From an uncultured Gammaproteobacteria bacterium (GTDB lineage Bacteria; Pseudomonadota; Gammaproteobacteria; JAGOUU01), in assembly GCA_964353115.1 (NCBI GenBank), contig CAYGUI010000002.1:1-60738 (forward strand): a stretch of DNA of 60,738 bases, in the 5' to 3' direction. The first letter of the stretch is position 1, and each line of letters begins with the position of its first letter. The translations under genes and the position numbers were made by a program. The notes beneath the pieces were generated by a model. It was not told where the DNA came from. It did not search any database and was given only the letters and a program-made list of their open reading frames with translations. Positions 37,498-47,875 of the stretch are shown here, in pieces.

Positions 37498-38916
37498 ATG
37501 ACAGCAAAAAAACGAATAATAGTTTGGTTTCGTTTAGATTTTAGGTTAAAAGACAATCCAGCACTAAATAATGCCGTAAAGGATGCTGATTCGATTCTTC
37601 CACTTTTTATCTATAATTCTGAAGATAAGCACTATATTGGTGCGGCTCAAGCCTGGTGGCTTCATAATACACTGAATCAGCTAGAAGAAAATCTTAAAAA
37701 ACATAAGCAAAAATTAGTAATATTAGCTGGTAATTATAAAGACGAATTATTAAAAATTATCAAAAACAATAATATTTCTGCAATATATTGTAACGATGTC
37801 CCAACACCGGCATTTATAAATTATGATAAAAAATTATCTGAGTTATTAGAAAAAAATGACGTAGAATTTAAAATATTTGATAATTATTTACTGCATAGTC
37901 CAGATTTAATACTCAATAAGTCTAAAGCTAATTTTAAAGTATTCACACCTTTTTGGCGTACTGTGCAAGAAAAACTATCTTTACCAAAAATTTTACCAAT
38001 ACCAAATTTCGAAAAAGTATCAAGTATTGCCCTGAAAAATATAGATTATAAAAAAATAGCAGACTTAAAATTACTACCAACCAATCCTGATTGGGCTGCG
38101 CAATTTACCAAATTTTGGCAGCCAGGGGAAGAATCAGCACATAAAATTTTTACTAAATTTAATCATGAAATTATCGAAGATTATAAAAAATTGCGTGATT
38201 TTCCTGCAAAAATTGGTACATCACAATTATCCCCACACATTCATTTTGGAGAAATTTCTGTTAATTATCTTTATCAAAAAGCTGAGAAACCTGCAGTTAC
38301 CTTTTTGAGTCAATTGGGTTGGCGCGAATTTTCTTATAATTTATTACATTATTATCCAAATTTAGCGAAAAAAGATTTACAAAAAACTTTAGAAAATTTT
38401 ATTTGGCAGAAAAATAAAAAATTATTAACACTATGGAAACAGGGTAAAACTGGTTATCCGATTATCGATGCTGGCATGCGTCAGTTATGGCACAGTGGTT
38501 ATATGCATAATCGAGTACGTATGATCGTTGCATCTTTTTTAACTAAAGATTTACAAATCGATTGGCGAGTTGGTGAGCGTTGGTTTTTTGAAACTTTACT
38601 TGATTATGATATGGCCAATAATGCCGCTAGTTGGCAGTGGGTAGCAGGCTGTGGTGCTGATCCGGTGCCGTATTTTCGAGTTTTTAATCCAACTTTACAA
38701 AGCAAGAAATTTGATGCTGATGGTGATTATATTCGCACTTGGGTACCTGAGCTTAAGAATATTCCTGAAAAATACATTCATGAACCAGTAAAATATGCCG
38801 ATAAAGTACTAGAGTATGGTGTAACTATAGGAAAAGATTATCCCTATCCTATTGTTAACCATGATGAAATGCGTAAAAAGTACTTAAGTTTACATAAAAA
38901 AATTGGTGGTGATTAG
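37498..38916 (+). CDS. phrB: deoxyribodipyrimidine photolyase (class I CPD)
   Basis: GWREFSYNLL and NNAASWQWVAGCGADP FAD-binding domain motifs, 472 aa. Confidence 0.9.
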   Translation: MTAKKRIIVWFRLDFRLKDNPALNNAVKDADSILPLFIYNSEDKHYIGAAQAWWLHNTLNQLEENLKKHKQKLVILAGNYKDELLKIIKNNNISAIYCNDVPTPAFINYDKKLSELLEKNDVEFKIFDNYLLHSPDLILNKSKANFKVFTPFWRTVQEKLSLPKILPIPNFEKVSSIALKNIDYKKIADLKLLPTNPDWAAQFTKFWQPGEESAHKIFTKFNHEIIEDYKKLRDFPAKIGTSQLSPHIHFGEISVNYLYQKAEKPAVTFLSQLGWREFSYNLLHYYPNLAKKDLQKTLENFIWQKNKKLLTLWKQGKTGYPIIDAGMRQLWHSGYMHNRVRMIVASFLTKDLQIDWRVGERWFFETLLDYDMANNAASWQWVAGCGADPVPYFRVFNPTLQSKKFDADGDYIRTWVPELKNIPEKYIHEPVKYADKVLEYGVTIGKDYPYPIVNHDEMRKKYLSLHKKIGGD

Positions 38917-38917
38917 T

Positions 38918-39358
38918 ATGAGTATGGATAGATTTTGGATGGTAATATCAGATGCCTCTGTTGCTAAGATTTTTAAAGCCCAGAAAATTGGCGGCACAAT
39001 GAATTTTATAGCAAAAATTGAAAATGATTCAGCTCACCTTCATGATTCTGATATAGCTGCAGATAAATACGGTGATAGACAAAGTAGTAATTTAGGTGGT
39101 GGTAAAAGCTATGAGCAAAAATCTGATCCTAAAAAAGCTGAAATTAAAATCTTCGCTAAAAACTTAGTAAATTTTATAAGAGATAATATTCATGAATTTG
39201 AGCGATTAGTGCTTACAGCACCGCCAAAATTTATGCACGATTTACGAGAACATTTAACTCGTGATTTGCAAGATAAAATTGAATTAGAAATCGTTAAAGA
39301 TTATTCAAAAATGGCGACTGAAGAAATTGAGAAAGATTTGGAGAAGGGGCGACCGTAA
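38918..39358 (+). CDS. host-attachment-protein-family (PF10116-like) protein
   Basis: ~145 aa with N-terminal RFWMVISDASVAKIF and C-terminal LVLTAPPKFMHDLREHL, a pattern typical of that family. ATG 38918 is preferred over the track TTG 38903. Confidence 0.5.
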   Translation: MSMDRFWMVISDASVAKIFKAQKIGGTMNFIAKIENDSAHLHDSDIAADKYGDRQSSNLGGGKSYEQKSDPKKAEIKIFAKNLVNFIRDNIHEFERLVLTAPPKFMHDLREHLTRDLQDKIELEIVKDYSKMATEEIEKDLEKGRP

Positions 39359-39460
39359 AAAACCCCCCGGCGCTGGCGCGCCGACCCCCTTTACGAAAGG
39401 GGGTATAAGAACGCCCCCTTATTAAAGGGGGCAGAACGGCGAGGCCGGGCGGGGGTTTTT
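39357..39460. repeat. GC-rich mosaic hairpin repeat element
   Basis: AAAACCCCCCGGCGCTGGCGCGCCGACCCCCTTTACGAAAGGGGG...GCCCCCTTATTAAAGGGGGC...GGGGGTTTTT between convergent genes. The hemL stop lies in its last bases. Confidence 0.9.
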
Positions 39461-40745
39461 AAGAATTATCCAAAAAAGCCTTAGCAGCCTCTAAAGTTTT
39501 TTCAATATCAGCATCACTATGCGCCGAGCTGATAAATCCAGCTTCAAACGCTGACGGTGCTAAATAAACGCCGTTTTTTAGCATATGATGAAAAAATTTG
39601 TTAAAAAGTTCTTTATCGCAAGCCATTACATCTCTATAAAGCTCAATCTTTTTATCAGAATTATCTTTTGCAAAAAATATTCCAAACATTCCACCTAAAT
39701 AATTTGTTTTAACTTTTATATTTTTTTCAGTAAATATTTTAGTAAGGCCAGTGATTAATTTTTCAGTTTTTTTGCTTAAATTTTCGTAAAAATTTGGCTG
39801 TGTAATATTATCAAGTGCTGCAAGACCAGCTGCCATGGTGATTGGATTACCAGATAAAGTACCTGCTTGGTATACAGGGCCTTGCGGTGCTAAATAATCC
39901 ATAATTTCTTTTTTGCCGCCAAAAGCACCAACTGGCATGCCGCCACCGATAACTTTTCCGAAAGTTGTCAGATCAGGATTAACACCGTAATGACCTTGTG
40001 CGCCAGTTAAGCCAACACGAAATCCAGTCATAACTTCATCAAAAATTAATACTGCGCGATGCTCATCACAAAGCTCACGTAAACCTTGCAGAAAACCTTT
40101 TTTTGGTAAAACACAGTTCATATTACCAGCAACGGGTTCAACTATAACTGCCGCTATTTTTCCAGGATATTTAGCAAATAATCCTCCGACATCTTCTAAA
40201 TTATTATATTCAGCATTTAGTGTTTCAGAAGCAAAACTTTCTGGTACGCCTGGCGAGCTTGGAACACCAAGTGTTAAAGCTCCAGAGCCGGCATCGACTA
40301 ATAAACCATCACTGTGTCCATGATAGCAGCCAGTAAATTTTATAATTTTATTTTTGCCAGTAAAGCCGCGTGCTAAGCGTAATGTACTCATGGTAGCTTC
40401 GGTACCTGATGATACAAATCTAATTTTGTCCATTGATGGAATTAAATCGCATATTCTCTGTGCTAAATTTAGCTCAAGCTCAGTTGGAGCGCCGAAACTT
40501 AAACCATTTTCTACCGCTTTATTTACTTCTTGGTTAATGTGGGTATTTGCATGACCGCTGATTATGGCGCCCCATGAGCAAACATAATCAACGTATTTAT
40601 TTCCATCAACATCAAATAAATATGCGTCTTTGGCAGATTTAATGATTAGTGGATTGCCCCCAACACTCTTAAATGCACGAACTGGAGAGTTTACTCCGCC
40701 TGGTATGTATTTACATGATTTTTCGAAAATTTCTTGAGATTTCAT
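39459..40745 (-). CDS. hemL: glutamate-1-semialdehyde 2,1-aminomutase
   Basis: Class III aminotransferase motifs [10 protein letters not shown] and [15 protein letters not shown], 428 aa. Confidence 0.95.
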   Translation of the reverse strand: MKSQEIFEKSCKYIPGGVNSPVRAFKSVGGNPLIIKSAKDAYLFDVDGNKYVDYVCSWGAIISGHANTHINQEVNKAVENGLSFGAPTELELNLAQRICDLIPSMDKIRFVSSGTEATMSTLRLARGFTGKNKIIKFTGCYHGHSDGLLVDAGSGALTLGVPSSPGVPESFASETLNAEYNNLEDVGGLFAKYPGKIAAVIVEPVAGNMNCVLPKKGFLQGLRELCDEHRAVLIFDEVMTGFRVGLTGAQGHYGVNPDLTTFGKVIGGGMPVGAFGGKKEIMDYLAPQGPVYQAGTLSGNPITMAAGLAALDNITQPNFYENLSKKTEKLITGLTKIFTEKNIKVKTNYLGGMFGIFFAKDNSDKKIELYRDVMACDKELFNKFFHHMLKNGVYLAPSAFEAGFISSAHSDADIEKTLEAAKAFLDNS

Positions 40746-40800
40746 AATTTTTTATGCGTATAATTTTGAGTAAGAATATATTTTACTGTGAAAATTATAC

Positions 40801-41652
40801 ATGAATAAACAAATTAAACTAAACAACATAACTTTTAGTAATGACAGCCCATTAGTTTTAATCGCAGGTCTTAACGTTTTAGAAGACTATAATTTGGCCG
40901 CAAAAACTTGTGAGACGATACAAAAAATATGCTCGGAACTTAAAATTCCATATGTTTTTAAAGCATCTTTTGATAAAGCAAATAGATCATCAATAACATC
41001 TTATCGTGGTCCAGGGCTAAAAAAAGGCATAGAGATATTCAAAAAATTAAAAAAAGAATTTAATGTGCCGATTATTACCGATATTCACGAACCACATCAG
41101 GCAGAAGATGTGGCTGAAGTTGCCGATATTTTACAGCTACCAGCATTTTTATCGCGTCAAACAGATTTAATTGAGGCACTGGCCAAAACTGGAAAATTAA
41201 TAAATATTAAAAAAGCTCAATTTTTAGCACCGCAAGAAATGAAGCATATTTTGAAGAAATTTGAGGATTTTGGTAATAATAATTTAATGCTTTGTGAGCG
41301 TGGAACAATGTTTGGCTATAACAATTTGGTTGTTGATATGCTGGGATTTCCAATCATGAAATCTTTTGGTTATCCGCTTATTTTTGATGTCACTCATTCA
41401 TTGCAACTTCCAGGTGGATTATCTACTAGCGCTGGTGGACGAGGGCAATTTGCTCTTGATTTGGCAAAATCTGGGGTCGTGCAAGGTCTAGCAGGGTTAT
41501 TTATTGAAACCCATCCTGATCCTAATTCAGCTTTGTGTGATGGCCCATGCGCCTTGCCACTTTCAGAGGTTAAAAGCTTCTTAAGTGAGATTGTTGAGGT
41601 TGATAAACTAGCGAAAACAAGTGAGAAATGTTACAATACTGAGTTTTTGTAA
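40801..41652 (+). CDS. kdsA: 3-deoxy-8-phosphooctulonate (KDO8P) synthase
   Basis: [12 protein letters not shown] and [11 protein letters not shown] motifs, 283 aa. Confidence 0.95.
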   Translation: MNKQIKLNNITFSNDSPLVLIAGLNVLEDYNLAAKTCETIQKICSELKIPYVFKASFDKANRSSITSYRGPGLKKGIEIFKKLKKEFNVPIITDIHEPHQAEDVAEVADILQLPAFLSRQTDLIEALAKTGKLINIKKAQFLAPQEMKHILKKFEDFGNNNLMLCERGTMFGYNNLVVDMLGFPIMKSFGYPLIFDVTHSLQLPGGLSTSAGGRGQFALDLAKSGVVQGLAGLFIETHPDPNSALCDGPCALPLSEVKSFLSEIVEVDKLAKTSEKCYNTEFL

Positions 41653-41670
41653 CTACTTGATTTTAAAATT

Positions 41671-42525
41671 ATGAGCTGGTTTAAAAAGCTTTTCCCATCA
41701 AAAATTAGAACTAAATCTGATACACGTCGCGGCTCTGTCCCTGAAGGTGTGTGGATCAAATGCGACAACTGTTTGGCAGCACTTTATGGCCAAGAGCTTG
41801 AGAGTAACTTACAAGTATGCTCTAAGTGCTCTCATCATTTGCGTCTTAGCGGTAGAAAAAGGTTAGACGTTTTTCTTGATGCTGAAGGGCGTGAAGAAAT
41901 TGCTGCTAATATTCAGCCAATTGATATTTTAAAATTTAAAGATAGTAAAAAATATCGCGATAGAATTCATCAAGCACAAAAAAATACCGGCGAAAAAGAT
42001 GCTTTAGTTGTAATGGCTGGACTTGTTAAAAATTCACCTGTTGTTGCTGCGGCGTTTGATTTTGACTTTATTGGCGGCTCGATGGGTGCTGTGGTCGGAG
42101 AAAAATTTGTTCAAGGCGTAGAATATGCGATAAAACATAATTTGCCTTTTATTTGCTTTTCTACCAGTGGTGGTGCGCGAATGCAAGAAGGATTATTCTC
42201 ACTATTTCAAATGGCAAAAACTAGCGCTGCACTTAAAAAATTAGCTAATAAAAAACTGCCTTATATTTCTGTTTTGGTTAATCCAACTTTTGGTGGCGTT
42301 TCTGCGTCATTAGCTATGCTAGGTGATATCAATATAGCTGAGCCAAAAGCATTAATTGGTTTTGCTGGACCGCGAGTTATTGAGCAGACAGTGCGTGAAA
42401 TATTGCCTGAAGGATTTCAAAAAAGTGAGTTTTTACTTGAGCATGGTTTTGTTGATCGTATTATTGATCGACGTGATTTGCGTGATGAAATTAAAAATAT
42501 AGTTTCTTTTTTAGCACATGGATAA
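41671..42525 (+). CDS. accD: acetyl-CoA carboxylase carboxyltransferase beta subunit
   Basis: N-terminal zinc ribbon CDNC...CSKCSHH and a carboxyltransferase core. Part of the accD-folC synteny. Confidence 0.95.
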   Translation: MSWFKKLFPSKIRTKSDTRRGSVPEGVWIKCDNCLAALYGQELESNLQVCSKCSHHLRLSGRKRLDVFLDAEGREEIAANIQPIDILKFKDSKKYRDRIHQAQKNTGEKDALVVMAGLVKNSPVVAAAFDFDFIGGSMGAVVGEKFVQGVEYAIKHNLPFICFSTSGGARMQEGLFSLFQMAKTSAALKKLANKKLPYISVLVNPTFGGVSASLAMLGDINIAEPKALIGFAGPRVIEQTVREILPEGFQKSEFLLEHGFVDRIIDRRDLRDEIKNIVSFLAHG

Positions 42526-43702
42526 ATCTGGTTGGTTACAGCACATTGATAATATTCATAAATTACGAATAGACTATACGCTTGAGCCAGTAAAAGAATT
42601 ATATAGCAAATTAAAATTCTCAAAAAATAAAATAGCCAAAACAATAATTACAGTAGCTGGAACTAATGGCAAAGGCTCAACTGTCGAATTATTAGAAAAA
42701 ATTTATTTGGCTGCAGGATATAAAACAGGTAGTTGTATTTCCCCGCATTTAGTTGATTTTAATGAACGAATTAGAATAAATAATCAAAAAATTTCAGATC
42801 AAGAATTAATCAGTGCTTTTGAGGTTGTTGAAAAACATAGAAAAGATCAAATTATAAGCTCTTTTTGTTTTACGACTATGGCTGCACTACATATTTTTTC
42901 ACAACATGATTTAGATGTAGTTATTTTAGAAGTAGGCATGGGAGGCAGGCTAGATGCAGTCAATGTAGTTGATAATGATTTGGCCATTATTACTTCTATT
43001 GGTTTAGATCATATGGAGTTTTTGGGGGATACAATAGAAAAAATAGCTTTTGAAAAAGCTGGAATAATACGTGAAAACGGCATTGTAATTAGCGGCGTAC
43101 GAGTAAAAGAGGCGCAAGAAGTTATTAGTAACATAGCTCAAGAAAAGCACGCAAAGATTTATGATATTAATAATATTTATGAAAATTTTGAATTAGATAA
43201 TATTTCTAAATTAATTCATCCAGATAATGCCGCGATAGCTTATAAAACTATCGAAGTCCTACAAGATATTTTGCCAATAAATAATTATAAAAATAATCAA
43301 AAAATATTAGATATATTTAAGAATTTTAAGTTACAAGGCCGCAAGCAAGAATTAGTTATTAAAAATAAAATAATCATATTAGATGTTGCCCATAATCTTC
43401 AAGCAGTTGAATATGTAATTAATTATTTAAAAGAAAATAAAATAAATGACATATTTGTGGTTTTTGGTGGTTTAAATACCAAGGATACAAATGGTATCTT
43501 AAAATTAATAAGCGATAATATTAATGTATTAAAATATTTTTTAGTAAAAGTTGATGCTGAAAAAGCCATGGATTTCCAGCAATTTAATAGCGTTTTAGAA
43601 GGTCTAGATGCCGCTATTTTAGAAGCAACTCAAGATAATATAATATTAGTATTAGGTTCATTTCATACAGTTAAACCGGTTATAGAAAAATATGTCAAGT
43701 AG
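42518..43702 (+). CDS. folC: dihydrofolate synthase/folylpolyglutamate synthase
   Basis: Mur-ligase P-loop [10 protein letters not shown]. Overlaps the accD stop. Confidence 0.9.
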   Translation: MDKSGWLQHIDNIHKLRIDYTLEPVKELYSKLKFSKNKIAKTIITVAGTNGKGSTVELLEKIYLAAGYKTGSCISPHLVDFNERIRINNQKISDQELISAFEVVEKHRKDQIISSFCFTTMAALHIFSQHDLDVVILEVGMGGRLDAVNVVDNDLAIITSIGLDHMEFLGDTIEKIAFEKAGIIRENGIVISGVRVKEAQEVISNIAQEKHAKIYDINNIYENFELDNISKLIHPDNAAIAYKTIEVLQDILPINNYKNNQKILDIFKNFKLQGRKQELVIKNKIIILDVAHNLQAVEYVINYLKENKINDIFVVFGGLNTKDTNGILKLISDNINVLKYFLVKVDAEKAMDFQQFNSVLEGLDAAILEATQDNIILVLGSFHTVKPVIEKYVK

Positions 43703-43862
43703 AACTAAATTCATTCAGCGCTTTATTGGGGCTATTACATTGACGGCTTTTTTGGTAATTTTTTTACCAATATTATTTAATAAACGTCAATATAATGTTG
43801 ATGCTCCTAAAATTGAAAAAAATACGGTTAATATACCTGTAGATAATTTACGAAAAGCATAA
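43692..43862 (+). CDS. dedD: DedD-like membrane anchor without a SPOR domain (56 aa, below the ORF-track cutoff)
   Basis: [31 protein letters not shown] aligns by eye with the E. coli DedD N-terminus (KFQNRLVGTIVLVALGVIVLPGLL). Occupies the dedD slot between folC and cvpA. Confidence 0.55.
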   Translation: MSSRTKFIQRFIGAITLTAFLVIFLPILFNKRQYNVDAPKIEKNTVNIPVDNLRKA

Positions 43863-43874
43863 GAGAATACTCAA

Positions 43875-44363
43875 ATGGAATTGAATGTTACAGATTTAAT
43901 AATCGCGGGAATAATCTCTGTTTCTGCATTTTTAGGAGTTAAACGAGGATTAGTAAAAGAAATTTTTTCCTTATTAACTTGGGCTTGCGCAGCGCTATTG
44001 TGCATAAAACATTCAAATTATGCATATAAATTTTTATCAAATTATATTAATGATACTGTTGTATTAACTGCAGCTTCTTACTCTAGTATCTTTCTTTTTG
44101 TTTTGATACTAGGCTCATTAATTTCAATATTTCTAACCAAAATAGTTAGTTTTTCTGGGATGGGTATTACTAATAGATTGACTGGCTCAATCTTTGGTAT
44201 TGCGCGTGGATTAATTATCGTATCTATTATGATTTTATTAATTAATACATCGCCATTTTCGCATAATAAATATTGGGAAAAATCTTCATTAGTACCAAAA
44301 TTTAAGCCAATTATTAATATCGCTGCTAATTATCCAAAAATTTTTGATCATAAATATCTTTAA
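43875..44363 (+). CDS. cvpA: colicin V production protein CvpA
   Basis: 162-aa protein with four TM segments in the conserved folC-dedD-cvpA position. Confidence 0.85.
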   Translation: MELNVTDLIIAGIISVSAFLGVKRGLVKEIFSLLTWACAALLCIKHSNYAYKFLSNYINDTVVLTAASYSSIFLFVLILGSLISIFLTKIVSFSGMGITNRLTGSIFGIARGLIIVSIMILLINTSPFSHNKYWEKSSLVPKFKPIINIAANYPKIFDHKYL

Positions 44364-44544
44364 TACTCTCAAGGTATTTTATTATTTCAGAGCTATCGTG
44401 CACTGAAATCATGGCGCTAATAGCTATCGTTGAGAGTTTTTTTGTTATTAGTTTAACGTCTTGTTTTTTCTGCGGATTACAGTTTTTAACAAATTTTTCG
44501 ATGTTTTGTACGGCATCGTGGTAAATCAAATCTGAACTAATCAT
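44326..44544 (-). CDS. hypothetical small protein (72 aa), uncertain
   Basis: ORF with AGGA 8 nt upstream of the ATG. Overlaps the cvpA 3' end by 38 nt. No recognisable family. Confidence 0.3.
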   Translation of the reverse strand: MISSDLIYHDAVQNIEKFVKNCNPQKKQDVKLITKKLSTIAISAMISVHDSSEIIKYLESIKDIYDQKFLDN

Positions 44545-44632
44545 ATATTTATCCTATAATTTTATTGTTACAAGGAATATATTAAAAAATAATAACTATA
44601 AAAAAAATAATAAAAAATAGGATTTTTCTAAA

Positions 44633-45862
44633 ATGCGCATATTATTTACAAATACTGGTCCATGGGGAACAGGAAGTTTCACCTCTATTTTAGGAATTAT
44701 TAGTCAATTACAAAAGCTTGGCCATACGATAAAAGTATTTTTTCCCGATACTTTTAGCCCCTCGACTCAAAATGAAGCATATTATAATAACGATTTGTAT
44801 AAAATATGGCATTTCCCGATAAAAAATAATAAAACTGAAATACAAACTTTTCCATTAATGATCACCGATCCCCATCCGCGCAGTCCTAACTTTATTACGT
44901 ATAAAAATTTTACGGCGGATCAAACAGAGCTATATTACAGTGAATGTGAAAAACAGCTAGAGCAAGTTGTAGCAGAATTTAAGCCAGATATTATAGAGTG
45001 TCATCATTTATGGGCGATGAGTTATGTTATGCATACTTTGGGTCATAAATATTTTGCTGTTGCGCATCACAGTGATCAAATGGGTTTTCATTATGATCCA
45101 ACAATTCGTGATAAAGCGATTATTTCGGCACAAAATGCTGAAAAAATATTTGCAATTTCTGATTATGTAAAAGAAGAAGTTCACAAACTTTATGACGTTG
45201 ATATCGATAAAATAATGGTTGCTGAAAATGGTTATGATGACGATATTTTTCGACCACAAGAAACTGATCGTAAAAAGTTATTAGAATTATTTAATTTAAA
45301 AATACCAGATGATGCAGATATTATTACTTTTACTGGTAAATTATCTAGAACTAAAGGAATAGATACTTTAATCGAAGCAAATTATTATTTGCGTAAAAAA
45401 AATATCAATGCACATTTTATAATTTTAGGTGCTGGTGAATTATCAAAAATAATTTCTGAATTATCGGATAAAAATTATTCTATCGAAAATATGCATTTTA
45501 TTGGGCATCAGGATCTGCATGTTTCATCTGGATTTCATAATATTGCAAAATTTAGTGTTATGCCATCGCGAACTGAAGGATTTGGTATTGCGGGTCTTGA
45601 GGCTATGGGCTGCGGCATACCGCTTATTACAACTTTTAGTGGCGGACCTGAGAGCTTTGCAGTTGGTGATATTCTAGATCCGGGTGATCCAGTAAAGCTC
45701 GCGTATAGTATAGAAAAAATGCTATCAATGCCACAACGCTCATATGAATCTTTATGCAAAAGAGCATTAGATGCTGCTAAGCAATATGCGTGGAGTGCCG
45801 TTATTCAAAAACGCATATTAGCATACGAGCAATTTCTCAAAAATTCTCATAAAAACTTATAA
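44633..45862 (+). CDS. GT4/GT1-family glycosyltransferase
   Basis: C-terminal EGFGIAGLEAMGCGIPLI (E-x7-E region) typical of GT-B retaining glycosyltransferases. Confidence 0.8.
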   Translation: MRILFTNTGPWGTGSFTSILGIISQLQKLGHTIKVFFPDTFSPSTQNEAYYNNDLYKIWHFPIKNNKTEIQTFPLMITDPHPRSPNFITYKNFTADQTELYYSECEKQLEQVVAEFKPDIIECHHLWAMSYVMHTLGHKYFAVAHHSDQMGFHYDPTIRDKAIISAQNAEKIFAISDYVKEEVHKLYDVDIDKIMVAENGYDDDIFRPQETDRKKLLELFNLKIPDDADIITFTGKLSRTKGIDTLIEANYYLRKKNINAHFIILGAGELSKIISELSDKNYSIENMHFIGHQDLHVSSGFHNIAKFSVMPSRTEGFGIAGLEAMGCGIPLITTFSGGPESFAVGDILDPGDPVKLAYSIEKMLSMPQRSYESLCKRALDAAKQYAWSAVIQKRILAYEQFLKNSHKNL

Positions 45863-45911
45863 AATCCTGTTATAATCAGCTCTTTTCTATATTCTTATAT
45901 CCTTAATTTTT

Positions 45912-46793
45912 ATGATTGAATTAGTAACTTTAGCTGATTTTTTGCGCTATTTAACCACTGTTTTTATTAAAGAAAAGCTGTTTTTTGGCCATGGTACAGA
46001 CAATGCTTGGGATGAAGCTGTGGCATTATTATGCTCTTTTACTTGTTTATCAGAAGAGGAATTATCCAAAGTTTTATCAGCTAAGCTGACAGAAGATGAA
46101 AAGCTGGAGTTAATTAAGTGGGCTAATCTTCGCATTAAAGATAGAAAGCCATTGCCATATATAACTAACAAATCTTATTTTGCTGGTCTTGAATTTTATG
46201 TTGATGAGCGAGTTATTATTCCGCGATCACCATTTGCTGAAATTATTTTAAATAATTTTGAGCCATTTATTGGTGATAAAAATATTGATCGAGTATTAGA
46301 TTTATGTACTGGTAGCGGTTGCATGGCCTGTGCTACTGCTTATTACAATCCAGATACTATTGTCGATGCCGTTGATTTATCTGATGATGCGCTAGAGATT
46401 GCTGGAAAAAATATTAAAAACTTAGGATTAGAAAATCAAATTAATTTAATAAAGTCAGACTTATTTAAAAATATAAAAAATAAATATGATTTAATTATTT
46501 CCAATCCTCCATATGTTCCAAATAACTCTATGAAAAAATTACCAAAAGAATATGCTCATGAGCCTAATATGGCTTTAGAGTCAGACAATAACGGTATTTT
46601 TCATGCAGAAAACATTTTAAAAAATGCGGCACAATTTTTAACCGATGATGGTTTATTGTTTTTAGAAGTTGGTGAAGCGCAACAAGAATTAGAAGATAAA
46701 TTTCCAGAGGTACCGTTTACTTGGCTTGAATTAGAGCATGGTGGAGAGGGTATCTTGGTCATTACAAAAGATTTACTAGAAAAATATTTATGA
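45912..46793 (+). CDS. prmB: ribosomal protein L3 glutamine N5-methyltransferase
   Basis: N-terminal FFGHGTDNAWDEA (PrmB-type) and the catalytic ISNPPYV motif. Confidence 0.85.
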   Translation: MIELVTLADFLRYLTTVFIKEKLFFGHGTDNAWDEAVALLCSFTCLSEEELSKVLSAKLTEDEKLELIKWANLRIKDRKPLPYITNKSYFAGLEFYVDERVIIPRSPFAEIILNNFEPFIGDKNIDRVLDLCTGSGCMACATAYYNPDTIVDAVDLSDDALEIAGKNIKNLGLENQINLIKSDLFKNIKNKYDLIISNPPYVPNNSMKKLPKEYAHEPNMALESDNNGIFHAENILKNAAQFLTDDGLLFLEVGEAQQELEDKFPEVPFTWLELEHGGEGILVITKDLLEKYL

Positions 46794-47803
46794 GTATTCA
46801 AAAAAATAAAAATATAGCTATTGTTGGCGCTACCGGATTAGTAGGTAGAACTATTTTAGAAATTTTAGCTGAAAGAGAGTTTCCTTATGAAACAATATAT
46901 GCCTTAGCTAGCGAAAACTCGATTGGAAAAACAGTTAATTGTGGCGATGACAATATACTCGTTGAAAGCCTTGCAGACTTTGATTTTAATAAAGTTGATA
47001 TAGCTTTCTTTACTGCAGGAAGCGCTGTATCAGAAAAATATGCTCCTATTGCTGCGGCATGCGGTGTGAAAGTTATTGATAATACTTCTTTTTTTAGATA
47101 TCACGATGATGTTCCATTAGTAGTATCTGAAGTTAATGGCGATATATTAAAAAATAACAGTTCAAATATAATAGCCAATCCTAATTGCTCAACTATGCAA
47201 TTAATGGTTGCTTTAAAGCCTTTGTATGATGCAGTGGGAATTTCTCGTGTTATTGTATCTACTTATCAATCTGTTTCTGGTGTTGGTCAAAAAGGAATTG
47301 CTGAATTAGCAGATCAAACAGCTGATTTGCTTAATGGACGTGAATTTTCTAATCAAGTATTTGGGAAGCAAATTGCATTTAATGCTATTCCTCATATCGA
47401 TTCTTTTCAAGATAATGGTTATACCAAAGAAGAAATGAAAATTGTTTGGGAAACTAAAAAAATACTGGGTGACGATTCAATAAAGGTTACTGCAACTGCA
47501 GTTAGAGTACCAATATTTTTTGGTCATAGTGAAGCTGTAACTATTGAAACAAGGAAAAAAATTAGTGAGGTTCGGGCTCGTGAACTCTTACTTAAAGCAC
47601 CTGGAATAATAGTAATGGATGATGTCAAAGATAATATTTATCCAACTCCCGCACAAGATCTTGATCATCAAGATGCTGTTTTTATTGGTAGAATTCGTAA
47701 AGATTTAGCATTTAAAAACGGTTTAAGTTTTTGGGTTGTTGGAGATAATATCAGAAAGGGAGCAGCACTTAATAGCGTTCAAATAGCAGAGCTTTTGCTA
47801 TAA
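46790..47803 (+). CDS. asd: aspartate-semialdehyde dehydrogenase
   Basis: GATGLVGR NAD(P)-binding site and active-site ANPNCSTMQL. Part of the asd-fimV-truA synteny. Confidence 0.95.
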   Translation: MSIQKNKNIAIVGATGLVGRTILEILAEREFPYETIYALASENSIGKTVNCGDDNILVESLADFDFNKVDIAFFTAGSAVSEKYAPIAAACGVKVIDNTSFFRYHDDVPLVVSEVNGDILKNNSSNIIANPNCSTMQLMVALKPLYDAVGISRVIVSTYQSVSGVGQKGIAELADQTADLLNGREFSNQVFGKQIAFNAIPHIDSFQDNGYTKEEMKIVWETKKILGDDSIKVTATAVRVPIFFGHSEAVTIETRKKISEVRARELLLKAPGIIVMDDVKDNIYPTPAQDLDHQDAVFIGRIRKDLAFKNGLSFWVVGDNIRKGAALNSVQIAELLL

Positions 47804-47875
47804 ATATATTTATATACTATATTTTATTTGTATAGATATATTTAGGCACCTTTTCGAGAGGAAAAGGATAAAAGA

